A stretch of DNA of 64,000 nucleotides. Source: Octopus vulgaris (Eukaryota). Positions 27,268 to 41,065 of this stretch are shown piece after piece; the stretch's first letter is position 1; the number at the start of each line of letters is the position of its first letter. The stretch is taken from NCBI GenBank assembly GCA_951406725.2, contig OX597827.1:60202001-60266000 (forward strand). Direction: 5' to 3'. The notes under the pieces are model-generated. The model was not told where the DNA came from, did no database searches, and saw only the letters and a list, made by a program, of their open reading frames with translations. Made by a program: the position numbers and the translations under genes.

Positions 27268-27776
27268 TGAGTGAGAGAGCAGTGCATGCCATCAAAGTGA
27301 CAGTGGGGTAAAATATACGAAGCCCAGTACACCCATCATGACTACCCGTCTGATAAGGGTATACTAGGCACATGCATCACAACTATATGTGCGCGACATG
27401 GTGATCTCATATCAAGATAAACAGCACATGACCTTTCGGGTGGGGGCCCAGTTAGAATTTTCTTCTGGTCGAGTAACCCATCCCGCTCAAAAGGTCCCTG
27501 AATAAGGGTTGTTTAAGGATGTTGAACGAAACACCCATGTTTCCAGAGGTGAATTATTCAAACCTCAAAGAATCCCTCTCAACACATGGCTATGATACTC
27601 TCCCACTACTTCTGCTCGTGATCACAGATGCACATATCATCAGCCACCAAGGGATATGCTCAACTGGTTATGGTCAAACAACTGACAAGCAAATCTGTGG
27701 TATTGAGCAGAGACACTTCCAATCAGTTAAGATTAGAAGTCATGAGAGCCACTGCCTGGTACTGCATCAGGGCATC
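27268..27776 (-). mobile_element. Unclassified ~510-bp interspersed element embedded in (ATT)n
   Basis: Complex sequence with ATT repeats on both sides; no convincing ORF; orientation inferred from the AAT tail. Confidence 0.45.
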
Positions 27777-27815
27777 AATTATTATTATTATAATTACTAT
27801 TATTATTATTATTAC

Positions 27816-27932
<117 letters not shown>

Positions 27933-27954
27933 CATCATCATTATTATTATTATT

Positions 27955-28322
27955 CATTTCAGTCATTAGACTGCGGCCATGTTGGGGCACCGCCTTGATG
28001 AATTTTTAGCCGAATGTATCGAACACAATACTTATTATTTTTTAAGCCTGGTACCTATTCTATCGGTCGGTCTTGCCGAACCGCTAGGCTACAGGGATAA
28101 ACACAGCCCCCTCAAAAAAACACACACACACAAACATACATACATATACATATATATATATATATATATATACGAGTTTCTTTTAGCTTCAATCTGCCAA
28201 ATCCACTCACAAGGCTTTGGTCGGCTCATGACTATAGTAGAAGACATTTGCCCAAGTTGCCACAGTGGATCTGAACCTGGAACCATGTGGTTGGGAATTA
28301 AACCTCTTACTCCGCAGCCACT
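27955..28322 (-). mobile_element. SINE family B (diverged)
   Basis: ctgcggccatgttggggcaccgcc; aaatccactcacaaggctttggtcggc. Confidence 0.85.
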
Positions 28323-28588
28323 CTTATGTAGAGAACAAAAAAAAAAAGAATGAAAACATTCCGTGAACTTTGTCCAGTCTGTAAATATCTTCATCCTTAA
28401 TTTTTACTGCGATGTCTCTCTTAATAATATCTATCTAATTAGCAAATTTACGGGATAAGTGATGCTGAAGATTCTCAAAAAAGGATGAAATAGTAGTACA
28501 ATACAAATTCGTTATCATTATTATGCCTGATTGACACTAACGACAAATTGAAAGAACTTTGCCATAGATAATAAAAAGAAAGACTATA

Positions 28589-28682
<94 letters not shown>

Positions 28683-28921
28683 TATGTATGTATGTATGTA
28701 TGTATGTATGTATGTATGCAACGGCGGCGGCGTTATCCGAGTAGTCGATCTATAGCGAGTGATTTAACCTCTTCGTCTTCAGTAGTGCGGCTTGCATATG
28801 GACCATTGTCTGATATAGATAAAAATGATTTTAATTTTTTTTTTTAACCCAAAACAATGCAAAGTTTTATAAGAAATTATACAAGTCAATGGTTTGCACT
28901 TTTACCTATGTATATGTTCAG

Positions 28922-29020
28922 TGAGGGCGCGTAGCTTATATATTGCACTCACGATCACGACATCTCCGGTTCGATTCCTCGGCTGGGTGGTGTATTGTGT
29001 TCTTGATCAAAACACATCAT
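28922..29020 (+). mobile_element. SINE family D 5' fragment
   Basis: ggttcgattcc box B, ttgtgttcttga. Confidence 0.55.
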
Positions 29021-29115
29021 TTTGATGGAGAGAGGGGAACTAATGTATAGCACACACAAATCATCAGTGTGGGCTGTACAAGGTAAAAACGTAAATCATG
29101 TACTCGTATTATTTC

Positions 29116-29168
<53 letters not shown>

Positions 29169-29224
29169 CTTTAGTTTCAGCTCATAGCTGCGGCCATGCT
29201 GATGCACCGCCGTTTTGCTATACT

Positions 29225-29590
29225 GACAGCCTCCTCCAATATGTGGCATTTGGTGAAGAATGAAGTTTGATGTAGCCACCCTCATTTGCACCTCTTGCCG
29301 TGGGGTAGGTTCATCTGGGACTATCGACAGGAAGATGGCCATCTTTGATTTAAAAACGCCTACATCTACTTTGTGCAGATTCCTCAGGCTCTTTGGGAGA
29401 ATATTAAAAAGCTGTGGCCCCCTGAAATCCTGAAGCGCGATCGCGTTGCTGGGATCTTTGGCATTATGCAGTGTCGTCCCTTTCTGGTATTGATGTAGCT
29501 TTCAATGCCAAAATTTGGTACAATTCCTTCCAGGAGCTTCCAGATGTATATTACTGAATACCTGTCCCGTCTTCTCTCCAGTAGAGTCTT
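29225..29590 (-). mobile_element. CR1/L2-group LINE ORF2 C-terminal fragment
   Basis: LLERRRDRYSVIYIWKLLEGIVPNFGIESYINTRKGRHCIMPK, typical post-RT C-terminal motif. Confidence 0.7.
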
Positions 29591-29638
29591 AGCTGTTTCA
29601 GTCTTATCCACTAGCTGAGCAGTTGCAAAGTGGATCTG

Positions 29639-29694
<56 letters not shown>

Positions 29695-29749
29695 TATATA
29701 CATATATATGTATATATATATATATATATACATATATATATACACACAC

Positions 29750-29824
<75 letters not shown>

Positions 29825-29943
29825 CGATGTCGAAGTTTTTGTTTAGTCACCTTAGTCAAACTATATATACACGTGTGAGTGTTTGTGTGTCTATGTCTGT
29901 TTATGTGTGCGTGGGTACGTAGAGATAGCTAGAGAGAGAGAGA

Positions 29944-29974
<31 letters not shown>

Positions 29975-30059
29975 GCATTTATATGTATGTGCGTATGTGA
30001 ATGTGCGTGTATGTATTATGTATGTATATATATAGATATGTGTGTATAATAATGATATT

Positions 30060-30312
30060 AAGAAGAGGAGGAGGGGAAGAAGGAGGGGGAAGAAGAAGTA
30101 GAAGAAGAAGAAGAAGAAGAAGAAGAAGAAGAAGACAGAAGAAGACGAAGAAGAAGAAGAAGAAGAAGAAGAAGAAAAAGAAGAAGAAGAAGAAGAAGAA
30201 GAAGAAGAAGAAGAAGAAGAAGAAGAAGAAGAAGAAGAAGAAGAAGAAGAAGAAGAAGAAGAAGAAGAAGAAGAAGAAGAAGAAGAAGAAGAAGGAAGAA
30301 GAAGAAAGAAGA
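30060..30312. repeat. (GAA)n microsatellite
   Basis: Direct reading. Confidence 0.97.
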
Positions 30313-30670
30313 ACTATTGTTGATGTTTTGTTTAGACATAACGACACTAATAATCCGGTATTAGAACTTTACGTACATATGCTTCAGAAAAAAGTATTTG
30401 TCGAGCACAGAGCATAGTCCATTGACTTACAGGTGTTTCTACTATGAGATGCAATGCACCAATAATTGAGTGCTTGTGTATCACCTTACAGCTTCGTCGA
30501 AGCATTAAGGTGATACACAAGCACTCAGCTACGAGTGATTTGCATCGTGTTATTCCGTTTTCGTAAGAATTTTTATATATATAATTAACTATATTCATTT
30601 TTAAAAGATCATTCTTCAAATATTGTGACTGTATCAAGAATTTTCTCAAAATACATGCATACATATATGG

Positions 30671-30717
<47 letters not shown>

Positions 30718-30822
30718 TGTGTGTGTGTGTGTGCCTGTCTGTCTGTTTGTCTCTATGCATGTATATATATAAACTTACTTGGAAATGGATGCGTGGCGTT
30801 CAGTCATATAATACTACATATA

Positions 30823-30868
<46 letters not shown>

Positions 30869-31048
30869 GTATACAGATATGTATACATGCATATATATAT
30901 ATTATTTATATATATATATATATATACGCACGCACACACTCACACAAACACACTAGAGACAGGCGGGTAAAGAGAGAGGCAGGGACAGACAAAGTGAGAG
31001 ACATGCGTACATGCATACATACATAAATGCACACAAACACCCACCCAT

Positions 31049-31124
<76 letters not shown>

Positions 31125-31175
31125 TTATTTATTTATATATATATATATATTTATTTATATATATATATATTTATT

Positions 31176-31228
<53 letters not shown>

Positions 31229-31231
<3 letters not shown>

Positions 31232-31422
31232 TGGGGAGAATTCACGAAAAAAGCAAAAGACGAAGACAGGTGGTGTAGAAAACAAACAGGTGTATAAGTT
31301 TACACGCTCGGGAATTGAAAAAGTCTTTTACGTTTCGAGCCTATGCTCTTTAACAGAAAGGAACGCAGAAAGAAACAAGGAGAGAAAAAAAATGTGTGTA
31401 GTGGCTACCGATCTATCATGGC

Positions 31423-31425
<3 letters not shown>
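31229..31425 (-). mobile_element. Short Penelope-like terminal-repeat element in (TA)n with variant hammerhead (31325-31360)
   Basis: CUUU-CUGUUAA-A-GAGC(auag)GCUC-GAAACGUA-AAAG; homologous to 38575-38785. Confidence 0.7.
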
Positions 31426-31489
<64 letters not shown>

Positions 31490-31661
31490 AAGAGTGAGCG
31501 ACTGGCTAACTGAGTGATTGAGTTCTAGCGTTCAATTTCTCCTTTGTATACTAATCAAAATATCTTTGTGTCTATACATTGTGCTCGACCTATGGTTTGA
31601 TACTGTCTTACAATCATCTACATCAGACTCCTGCTTCTGTGTTTAGTAGTGCTTGTCTACA

Positions 31662-31726
<65 letters not shown>

Positions 31727-31971
31727 CTAGTAGTAGTAGTAGTCGTAGGTAAATGCTCTCTGCCTCCCCACCTCTCTCTCTCTCTCTCTCTCGGATGATG
31801 TGTTCAGAAGTACTTCACTGGTTTTCTTATCTAAGCACCTCAGTTCACTTAACTTCCAATTTATAACATTGAAGTTGTAGTTTATGATTAGGATGCATTT
31901 ATGCATGCACGTGTGTGTCTGTATATCCATACATATATATATATACACACACCCATACATACATACATATA

Positions 31972-32100
<129 letters not shown>

Positions 32101-32868
32101 GTACACATGCATGCACATATACACCTACACATAATATATATATCTAATATATATTATATATATATATACGTATATGTGTGTGTGTTTGTATATACGTGTA
32201 TACAGACAGATGCACACACACAAACAAACACACACACAAACACACATACACACACACATACACATACGAAACGCAAATTAGCGTATGCGAAACTATACTG
32301 CCATATATTTTTACACATACATAAACATATATATAAATATGTATGTATAAACACATCCACACACCCATAGATATGTATATAACATATATATACACGCACG
32401 CACATATATACATACACACATATTTAAATTACATCTCGTATAATCGTCAAAAATTCGACTTTTCACTCGCTTATTTATTATTTCTCTTTCTTGTTTAACG
32501 CTACACTTATAATAAAATTGGATTATCTCATTATCTATTACATGGATATAGCTTTGAAGACAAAAGCTGAAATTTTATTCTTCAATCCATTGGGTCTTTG
32601 TTGGGGGAGGGGTGTTTTTTCTTTCTATTTTTCTTTTGTTTTTGTTAATTTTTTTTAAGTGTAATTTTTTTCTTTTCTTATTTAGCCATATTTTCATATC
32701 ACATATTTTTAATGTACTCATTAGAGCTTTTGAATAAAAATCGAAGATAGTGAAAAAAATAATGTCTTCCTTTATTTCTGTACGCTATAAAGATAAAAAA
32801 AAATGTCTTCGCTTGACTATAAACAGATAAAAGTATCATTCGTCCATTCAAATAGTTTAAATACAAAA

Positions 32869-32911
<43 letters not shown>

Positions 32912-33320
32912 GAAGAATTAGGAAAACCAAAAGGAAAATATTGCAATTCAACCGTAAAATGTTCATAAAAAATGTTGGAAACAAAAATACAAAAAGATAG
33001 TCGATAATGTTCGTTTTCAAACAAAGCGTAATAATTATCAGAATGAATAATATCTTCATATAATATCTGTTTCATCTTCACTTGCTCACAAACAAATTTT
33101 TTTTTTTTTTTGAGCAACAAATGACGAGACGTCTCAGCAGACATCGGCTCGCGTTACAGAAACATTGCTTTGCGGAAAATGACAGCGAAAACTTTTGCTG
33201 TAACGTGAAATCTATTGCCGTTTAATTGCAATGAGATGTGGGAACGGAAACGAACGTGGAAACCAAACAAATATTTAAGTATGTGCGTGCACTCGCACAT
33301 ACATACATGCATACATACAT

Positions 33321-33351
<31 letters not shown>

Positions 33352-33395
33352 GTTGCGAACATATATATACACATATACATATGTATATAATATAT

Positions 33396-33703
33396 GTGGA
33401 GGCGCAATGGCCTAGTGGTTAGGGCAGCGGACTCGCGGTCGTAGGATCGCGGTTTCGATTCCCCGACCGGGTGTTGTGAGTGTTTATTGTGCGAAAACAC
33501 CTAAAAGTTCCACGAAGCTCCGCCAGGGTGTGGTGATCTCTGCTGTACTCTTTCACCACTCTTTCTCTCACTCTTTCTTCTGTTGGCCTGCTCGCTTAGC
33601 CAGGCGGGGTGGCGTCATTCGAAGGCTAAAACAATGCGAACGCATTGTGATCAGCGATGTGTAGCAACATCTGATGGTCTGGTCGGTCACGTGATCACGT
33701 GAT
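33396..33703 (+). mobile_element. tRNA-derived SINE, family C
   Basis: Head ggaggcgcaatggcctagtggttagggcagcggactcgcgg...gtttcgattccc; tail ggtcacgtgatcacgtga. Confidence 0.9.
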
Positions 33704-33711
33704 ATAATATA

Positions 33712-33929
33712 TACTCTTTTACCTGTATCAGGCATTTGACTGCAACCATCCTGGAGCACCGCCTTTTAGTCAAACAAATCGATCCCAAGAATTATTCTTT
33801 GGAAGCCTAGTACTTATTCTAACGGTGTCTTGTGCCGAACCGCTAAGTTAATGGGAAGTAAACACACCACCATCAGTTGTCAAGCGACGTTGGGGGTATA
33901 AACACAGACACGCAAACATATACACACAA

Positions 33930-33975
<46 letters not shown>

Positions 33976-34130
33976 GACGGGCTTCTTTCAGTTTCCGTCT
34001 ACCAAGTCTACTCACAAGGCTTTGGTCGGCCGACGCTATAGCAGAAGACACTTGCCTAAGTTGCCACGCAGTGGGAATCAACCCGGAACCATGTGGTTGG
34101 TAAGCAAGGTACTTACCATACAGCCACTCC
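33712..34130 (-). mobile_element. SINE family B
   Basis: Full-length reverse complement match. Confidence 0.9.
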
Positions 34131-34227
34131 AGTATGTATATATTCATATACATATATTTTATATATCTATGTGTTGCTATTTCTACTAAGTTCAGTATGT
34201 GGCAAAGTAATTTATTTTACTAAGCCC

Positions 34228-34306
<79 letters not shown>

Positions 34307-34359
34307 TGCACATATATATATATATGTAATAGTAATAATAATAATAAAATTAAATGCGC

Positions 34360-34602
34360 CCTTTTAAAGCCTAGCCAGGCTCATGGGCCCGGTTTCTCGG
34401 TTTCTATGGCGTATGTGTTCCGCAGCTGGACGGGACGCCAGTCCATCGCAGCGATACTCATTTTTGCCAGCTGAGTGAACTGGAGCAGCGTGAAAATGAA
34501 GTGTTTTGCTCAAGAACACAACGCATCGCCCGGTCCAGGAATCGAAACCACAACCTTGCGATTATGAAGCCGACACCCTAACCACTAAGCCACGCGCCTC
34601 CA
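34360..34602 (-). mobile_element. SINE family D
   Basis: Minus head ggaggcgcgtggcttagtggttagggtg; V-domain-like gcgatggactggcgtcccgtccag. Confidence 0.88.
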
Positions 34603-34634
34603 CACACACACACACACACACATATATTTATATA

Positions 34635-34714
<80 letters not shown>

Positions 34715-34715
34715 C

Positions 34716-34751
<36 letters not shown>

Positions 34752-34766
34752 CATATATATATATAT

Positions 34767-35143
34767 GTGACCGAGGAAGACCATTGCTGACCATCAGGAA
34801 CATTGTATGCTCTAGGACTAATATTTATATTTGCGGCTCTGTCTGTGGCTAATGAGCCCTGCTCTTGACAAGCACGCATGACTGCAAACATTGCAGGCCA
34901 AGCTTTCCCCATTCACTACACCAGCAGTGCGCTTTCGAGCAGCACGCTTAAGTTCTTCATGCTGGATACGTGCTCTCTCAAAAGTGTCGATCCCCTCCTT
35001 AACCTGCTTCCTCCATCTGTGGAGATGACAAGCATTGTTCTCTCAGTCAGTCTTCTGCATATCACAGGCCTTTAATGAGGACTTGATACAGTCCTTAAAT
35101 CGCGACCTTGGTTTCTGCTGGGGTCTCTTTCCATTCACAAGTT
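34767..35143 (-). mobile_element. RTE-clade LINE 3' end
   Basis: [58 protein letters not shown] (C2H2 finger). Confidence 0.85.
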
Positions 35144-35146
35144 ACG

Positions 35147-35188
<42 letters not shown>

Positions 35189-35250
35189 TACATACATACA
35201 TACATACATACATGTATACATATACGTGTGTGTGTGTGTGTGTATGTGTA

Positions 35251-35295
35251 CCGGAGTAAGCACACAAATACGAAGCAACGAACGGGAACGTGAAA
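35251..35295. mobile_element. Penelope-like micro-remnant (inverted tail fused to hammerhead core fragment)
   Basis: acgaacgggaacgtgaaa identical to 61873-61890; preceding bases resemble reverse complement of 61982-62001. Confidence 0.5.
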
Positions 35296-35312
35296 ATATA
35301 TATATATACGAA

Positions 35313-35375
<63 letters not shown>

Positions 35376-35418
35376 GTGTGTGTGTATGAATGTACGTACG
35401 TATGTATGTATAACTAAC

Positions 35419-35666
35419 TGGCACTCCGTCGGTTTCGACGATGAGGGCTCCAGTCGATCCGATTAAAGGAACAGACAGCTGGTGAAATTAACGCGCAAGT
35501 GGCTGAGCACTCCACAGACATGCGTACCCTTAACGTAGTTCTCAAGGAGATACAGCGTGACATAGAATGTGATAAGGCTGGCCCTTTGAAATACAGATAC
35601 TACTCATTTTTGCCAGCTGAGTGAACTGAAGCAACATGAAATAACGTTTCTTGCTGAAGGACACAA
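35419..35666 (-). mobile_element. SINE family D variant with alternative RTE-like tail
   Basis: Shares actcatttttgccagctgagtgaactg with D; tail catcgtcgaaaccgacggagtgcc. Confidence 0.75.
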
Positions 35667-35679
35667 GGTTAAATAAAAA

Positions 35680-36020
35680 TACAAACGGAAAACATGACAT
35701 ACCTGTGTATATTTATATAATTCAAAAACATGTGTAGTAAATAAACATACTAATATATACTAAATATACAGACGAACAGAAACCACAGAAGGTCACCATC
35801 TCCTCTTCAGTTACCGGCCAGAGGGACAAGCGCAATTTCGGCCATTATCGATAATATTGCTTCCAATCTGGAGGCACCGGCAATAAATTTGCCGGGAATG
35901 GGACCAAAACATAACAAGACGAGACCGTTAGTAAGAGGACGAAGGACAAAGCAATAAACAGAATAAAGGCTTAGGGCCACACGAAAACAATAATTAGAAT
36001 GAAAATAATACATATACAGC
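35680..36020 (-). mobile_element. Short Penelope-like/retrozyme-like element with rearranged hammerhead
   Basis: T-rich flanks on minus strand, hairpin ccggcaa..ttgccgg at 35877-35895, hammerhead motif; boundaries approximate. Confidence 0.5.
35802..35871 (-). ncRNA. Candidate non-circularly permuted hammerhead ribozyme
   Basis: CCAGA..GCAAU-A-UUAUCG..CC-GAAAUUGC..UCUGG-C-CGGUAA-CUGAAGA-GG: all core nucleotides, stems III (5 bp plus 5 bp), I (6 bp), II (2 bp). Confidence 0.75.
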
Positions 36021-36213
36021 AAAAAAAAAAAGGTTTAGGGCTGCAGAACGACAAAAATGGGTAACGTAAAGGAGGAATGAAAACTGTCCTAAAAGACTAT
36101 AAACACGGGAGAGGTAGAGAGGTCCATATATGGGGTCCATATAAGCTTTTGCTGTTAAAATTAATCTCCAACAAATTAAGTAAGGTACAATACACAAAAT
36201 ATTTTAGCAATTT

Positions 36214-36660
<447 letters not shown>

Positions 36661-37173
36661 AAATTTGAATACAATTCTAATAATAATATATTATTATAAA
36701 AATTAAATATGATTTTTTTTTTAAACATCGAATGGCGAGGAGGGTCTATCTGCATAAAATGGGAATCAAAGGGGGTCCATAGGTAGAGAAAAAAAAATGG
36801 CTGAGGAACATTGATACGAACAGGTCAGACAAATGAAGAGCACGCAATTGCTCCAGCATGGCCGCAGTCAAATGACTGAAACAAGTAAAAGAGTAAATTT
36901 GAATACAATTCTAATAATAATATATTATTATAAAAATTAAATATGATTTTTTTTATGGCGAGGAGGGTCTATCTGCATAAAATGGGAATCAAAGGGGGTC
37001 CATAGGTAGAGAAAAAAAAATGGCTGAGGAACATTGATACGAACAGGTCAGACAAATGAAGAGCACGCAATGTTGATAACTTAGAATGATAAAGATCGAT
37101 TGGTCACGAATGGAGTGTCTTTAATCATATCTCTGTTCAATCAGGGTCGATCTGAGACTAAATAGCAACGACG

Positions 37174-37209
<36 letters not shown>

Positions 37210-38154
37210 GTAGCAAAAATAATGTTGACAGCAACGCTATTGCTTCTACTGCTTCTACTGCTCTCTCAACAAAATTCAATTTCTACGTCTTTTCTTTCCC
37301 CGTGTTTCTTTTTTCTTTCCCCGTGTTTCTTAATTCAACTACAACCACCACTACAACCACCACTACCACCACAACCTCCAACACCACCGTTCTCACCACC
37401 ACCACCACCACCACCACCACCACCACCACACCAACCGGACCCCGCTGCCGCTTTCCCCTCTTATGAAGGAGACAACGAGGTGTCCCTTAAAATCTCTTAA
37501 AAGCTATTAAGATCCACCTGGGAAGGACTCTTCGATGACATTTCGGTAAATCCCCAGCGCTTCTTCTTCAACTTGATTAATCTCAGCAATTCCCATTTGG
37601 ATAACCCCGTCTTGTCAAATAATTAACAAAGCTTTATTTGATTTGAGTAACACCGTCAATGGCGGACGGGCTGGTGGCGGTGGAAGTAGGGTATCTTCTG
37701 TTATTTTAGCTATTGTTGTTGTTGCTATGGTTTTTGTCGTTGCTACTATTCTTTTCATTCTTTTGTTTTTGCCATGCCTTTACCACCTTAAGAAGCTGCT
37801 GTTTTATTTTATTTAATTTTTAGATGTTTTTTAATGTTTTTATTATTTATTTATTTTATTGTTATTGGCTTGTTTTTTGGTTTTTTTGTTGGTTTTCTTT
37901 TTATTATTTTTTTTTTTTTTTTGGTTTTAAAGGTTTGCAATTTGTATTCACTTCATCATTGGTTGAAGAGTGTCGGATTAAAGGAGGTTTATTCCATGCT
38001 AGATGTAATCCGTAAGTCAAGTGATTGGAAACGAGAGGGAGACAGAGACGGGAAGGGAGGGAGACAAACAGACAGACAGACAGAGGTAGAAAGAGAGTAG
38101 GAAGAAAGGAATATGTATGTTTGTATATGTGAATATATATTTGTGTCTGAATGA

Positions 38155-38202
<48 letters not shown>

Positions 38203-38495
38203 AGGTATCTGTGTGTGGGTGTGCGTGTGCGTGTGTGTGTGCCAATCATAGTATTATCTTTGTTAAGCAGATGGACATTTTGTCAAGGACACACGAACAT
38301 AATACATTATCGTTACTTATTATATCATAATATGCACTTATCCACACTACGATATATGCTCATATGTTTGTATGTTGATATATGTTGCGTTTGTGTGTGT
38401 GTGTTTGTGGGTGCGCGTGTGTGGATGCACCCGTGTGTGTATATTCTTCTATGAGTTATGTATGTGTATGTGTATGCATATATATATAGAGAGAG

Positions 38496-38566
<71 letters not shown>

Positions 38567-38574
38567 CAGATAGA

Positions 38575-38784
38575 TATAGGAAAATTTTCCAAAAATAATA
38601 AAAAGCCGAAGACAGGTGGTATACAAAACAAACAGATGTATTAGTATAACGCTCAGGAATAGAAACAGTATTTTACGTTTCGAGCCTACGCTCTTCTACA
38701 GAAAGGTACACAGAAAAAAAACAAGGAGAGAAACAAGGAGAGGATGTTAAATGTGTATAGAGGCTAACGATCTATCATGGCGTC

Positions 38785-38785
<1 letters not shown>
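38575..38785 (-). mobile_element. Short Penelope-like terminal-repeat element in (GATA)n with variant hammerhead (38670-38705)
   Basis: CUUU-CUGUAGA-A-GAGC(guag)GCUC-GAAACGUA-AAAU; same start cgccatgatagatcg as the 31.3-kb copy. Confidence 0.72.
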
Positions 38786-38873
<88 letters not shown>

Positions 38874-38898
38874 TACAGGTATATAGATATATGTATAT

Positions 38899-38995
38899 AG
38901 TTCAAATTTATAGAAAACAAGACGAAGACAGGTGAGGGAACAACAAGCAGGTGTATTAGTTTAATGCTAAGGAAGAATGGAAAAGTCTTTGACGC
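38899..38995 (-). mobile_element. 3' fragment of the same Penelope-like family
   Basis: gacgaagacaggtg..gtgtattagttt..aaaagtctttgacg, truncated at the hammerhead. Confidence 0.65.
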
Positions 38996-39033
38996 TGCTG
39001 ATGATGATATATATGTGTGTGTGCATGTGTGTG

Positions 39034-39080
<47 letters not shown>

Positions 39081-39242
39081 ATGTGTATGTATGAAGGTAG
39101 GTATGTATGTATATGTATTTGTATATAGAAGACAGTTCAGGATTCGCTAGAATTTAGGTATATCAACAATGCAAGGTTGTTGCTCCATCTTGGTTGTTGG
39201 AGAATTACTCAACTTCTATTTCTGCTTTACCTGTTTATGTTT

Positions 39243-39332
39243 AAAATTTATCTGACGATGGCAAAATTTTTGCTGCAATGTAATCTAAGAATGTATCAAT
39301 AAAATTGCGCCGAAACAGCTGCTGTGAATTTT
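39243..39332 (+). ncRNA. Type I hammerhead motif with long stem II insert (cleavage triplet decayed)
   Basis: AAAAUUUAU-CUGACGA-U-GGC..long..GCC-GAAACAGCUG-CU-GUGAAUUUU; palindromic stem III CAGCUG. Confidence 0.6.
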
Positions 39333-39729
39333 AAATCCCACTTGTGTTCTTCTTTATAAATGTGTGTGTTTGTGAGCGTGTATGAATGTATATAACTCCT
39401 AATACTTCTGTGTATGTATATATATACTACCAAACAAACATGATTTTTATTGAACTCCTAATACTTTGTGTTGAATATTTTCTTAAATACTTTCTTGTAA
39501 ACTGTTTTTAACATTTTCTTATTATCAAAGAATGTATATATGTATTTTAATACTTTTGTGACAACCATTACTTAACACAACAAAGCTTATACAAAGCTTT
39601 ACATTTTACTTTTGACAATCTTTTTCTAAAAAAGTGAAACCGGTCAAGTGAATAAACATCTTTAAAATTGCTTTTTCAAACCTTCTTTCATATATATTTC
39701 CACTCCTGCGGTACCTTACACCTTCAGTT

Positions 39730-39798
<69 letters not shown>

Positions 39799-39836
39799 TG
39801 TATGTATGTATGTATGTATGTATGTATGTATGTATG

Positions 39837-39931
<95 letters not shown>

Positions 39932-40208
39932 GGGATCCGCCTTGGTGTGGAATCCATCCATGACAGTCTGTATTTGCTTACAACCTGTGTTACAACAACA
40001 TCATATTTTCCATTTAGAATCACGTTAGTCTCTGTGATCCCTGTTAGGTAAACGAGAAAGACATCTCGTAACCTTTTACTCCAGATTTCTTTAACTCCCT
40101 CCAAACATCTCGGTTGCCCACTCACTGTGTTACAATAGCACAATATCGTAGAGTTTTTGAACTGTTTTTCTGTGGTCTTTAATTAATGCCGTCTTCATGC
40201 CTACCTAC

Positions 40209-40450
40209 GTGGGACCGCATGGCTTAGTGGTTAAGATGTTGGACTCATGATCGTAGGATTATGGTTTCGATTCTTGAGCCAGGCGATGCGTTGTGTCCTT
40301 CAGCAAAACACTCCATTTTACGTTGCTCGAGCTGGCAAGAATGAGTCATCCTGCGACGGACCGGCGTTCCTTCCAGGCGGGGAATTCATACGCCATGGAA
40401 ACCGGGAAACGGCTCTTATGAGTCGATATGAATCGAGAAGCTAACTTTAC
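40209..40450 (+). mobile_element. SINE family D
   Basis: tggcttagtggttaagatg..ggtttcgattc; cctgcgacggaccggcgttcc. Confidence 0.8.
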
Positions 40451-40662
40451 CTTTACTTTTTTTACTCAGCTGGTAAACATGAGTAATCTTTCGACAGGAA
40501 ACCGGCCCTATGCTCCTTGCAGTGGTATCGACTAACCTTCATACCTACCTATAGCAGTTAGGTCAGATCTTGGCTTGTCCGGCAGTGTGCCGCACGATAT
40601 CCGTTATAGTGCCTCACTAAACCTTGAAGTACCTTATCTCACATTATGGAAATCGATAAAAG

Positions 40663-41065
40663 CAAGCAGCGAACTGGCAGAATCGTTAGCACACTGGGTG
40701 AAAGGCTTAGCGGTATTTCGTCTGCCGCTACGTTCTGAGTTCAAATTCCGCCGAGGTCGACTTTGCCTTTCATCCTTTCGGGATCGATTAAATAAGTACC
40801 AGTTACGCACTGGGGTCGATATAATCGACTTAATTCATTTGTCTGTCCTTGTTTGTCCTCTCTGTGTTTAGCCCCTTGTGGGTAATAAAGAAATAGGTAT
40901 TTCGTCTGCCGCTACGTTCTGAGTTCAAATTTCGCCAAGGTCGACTTTGCCTTTCATCCTTTCGGGGGTCTATAAATTAAGTACCAGCTGAGTACTGGGG
41001 CCTATGTAATCGATCAGTCCCCTTCCCGAGAATTTCAGGCCTTGTGCTTAGAGTAGAAAGGATTA
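40663..41065 (+). mobile_element. Two nested/tandem SINE family A copies with different 3' tails
   Basis: Copy 1 ends aataaagaaata (40895); sequence resumes at internal ggtatttcgtctgcc and ends with tail ggccttgtgcttagagtagaaag. Confidence 0.9.

Noticed and set aside
33396-33470. tRNA gene-like sequences at heads of families A-D
   Set aside because: No complete cloverleaf or acceptor stem; each continues into a SINE body
39930-40143. Possible LINE endonuclease remnant (..LTGITETN..) on minus strand
   Set aside because: Only one weak motif; cannot be supported without a profile search
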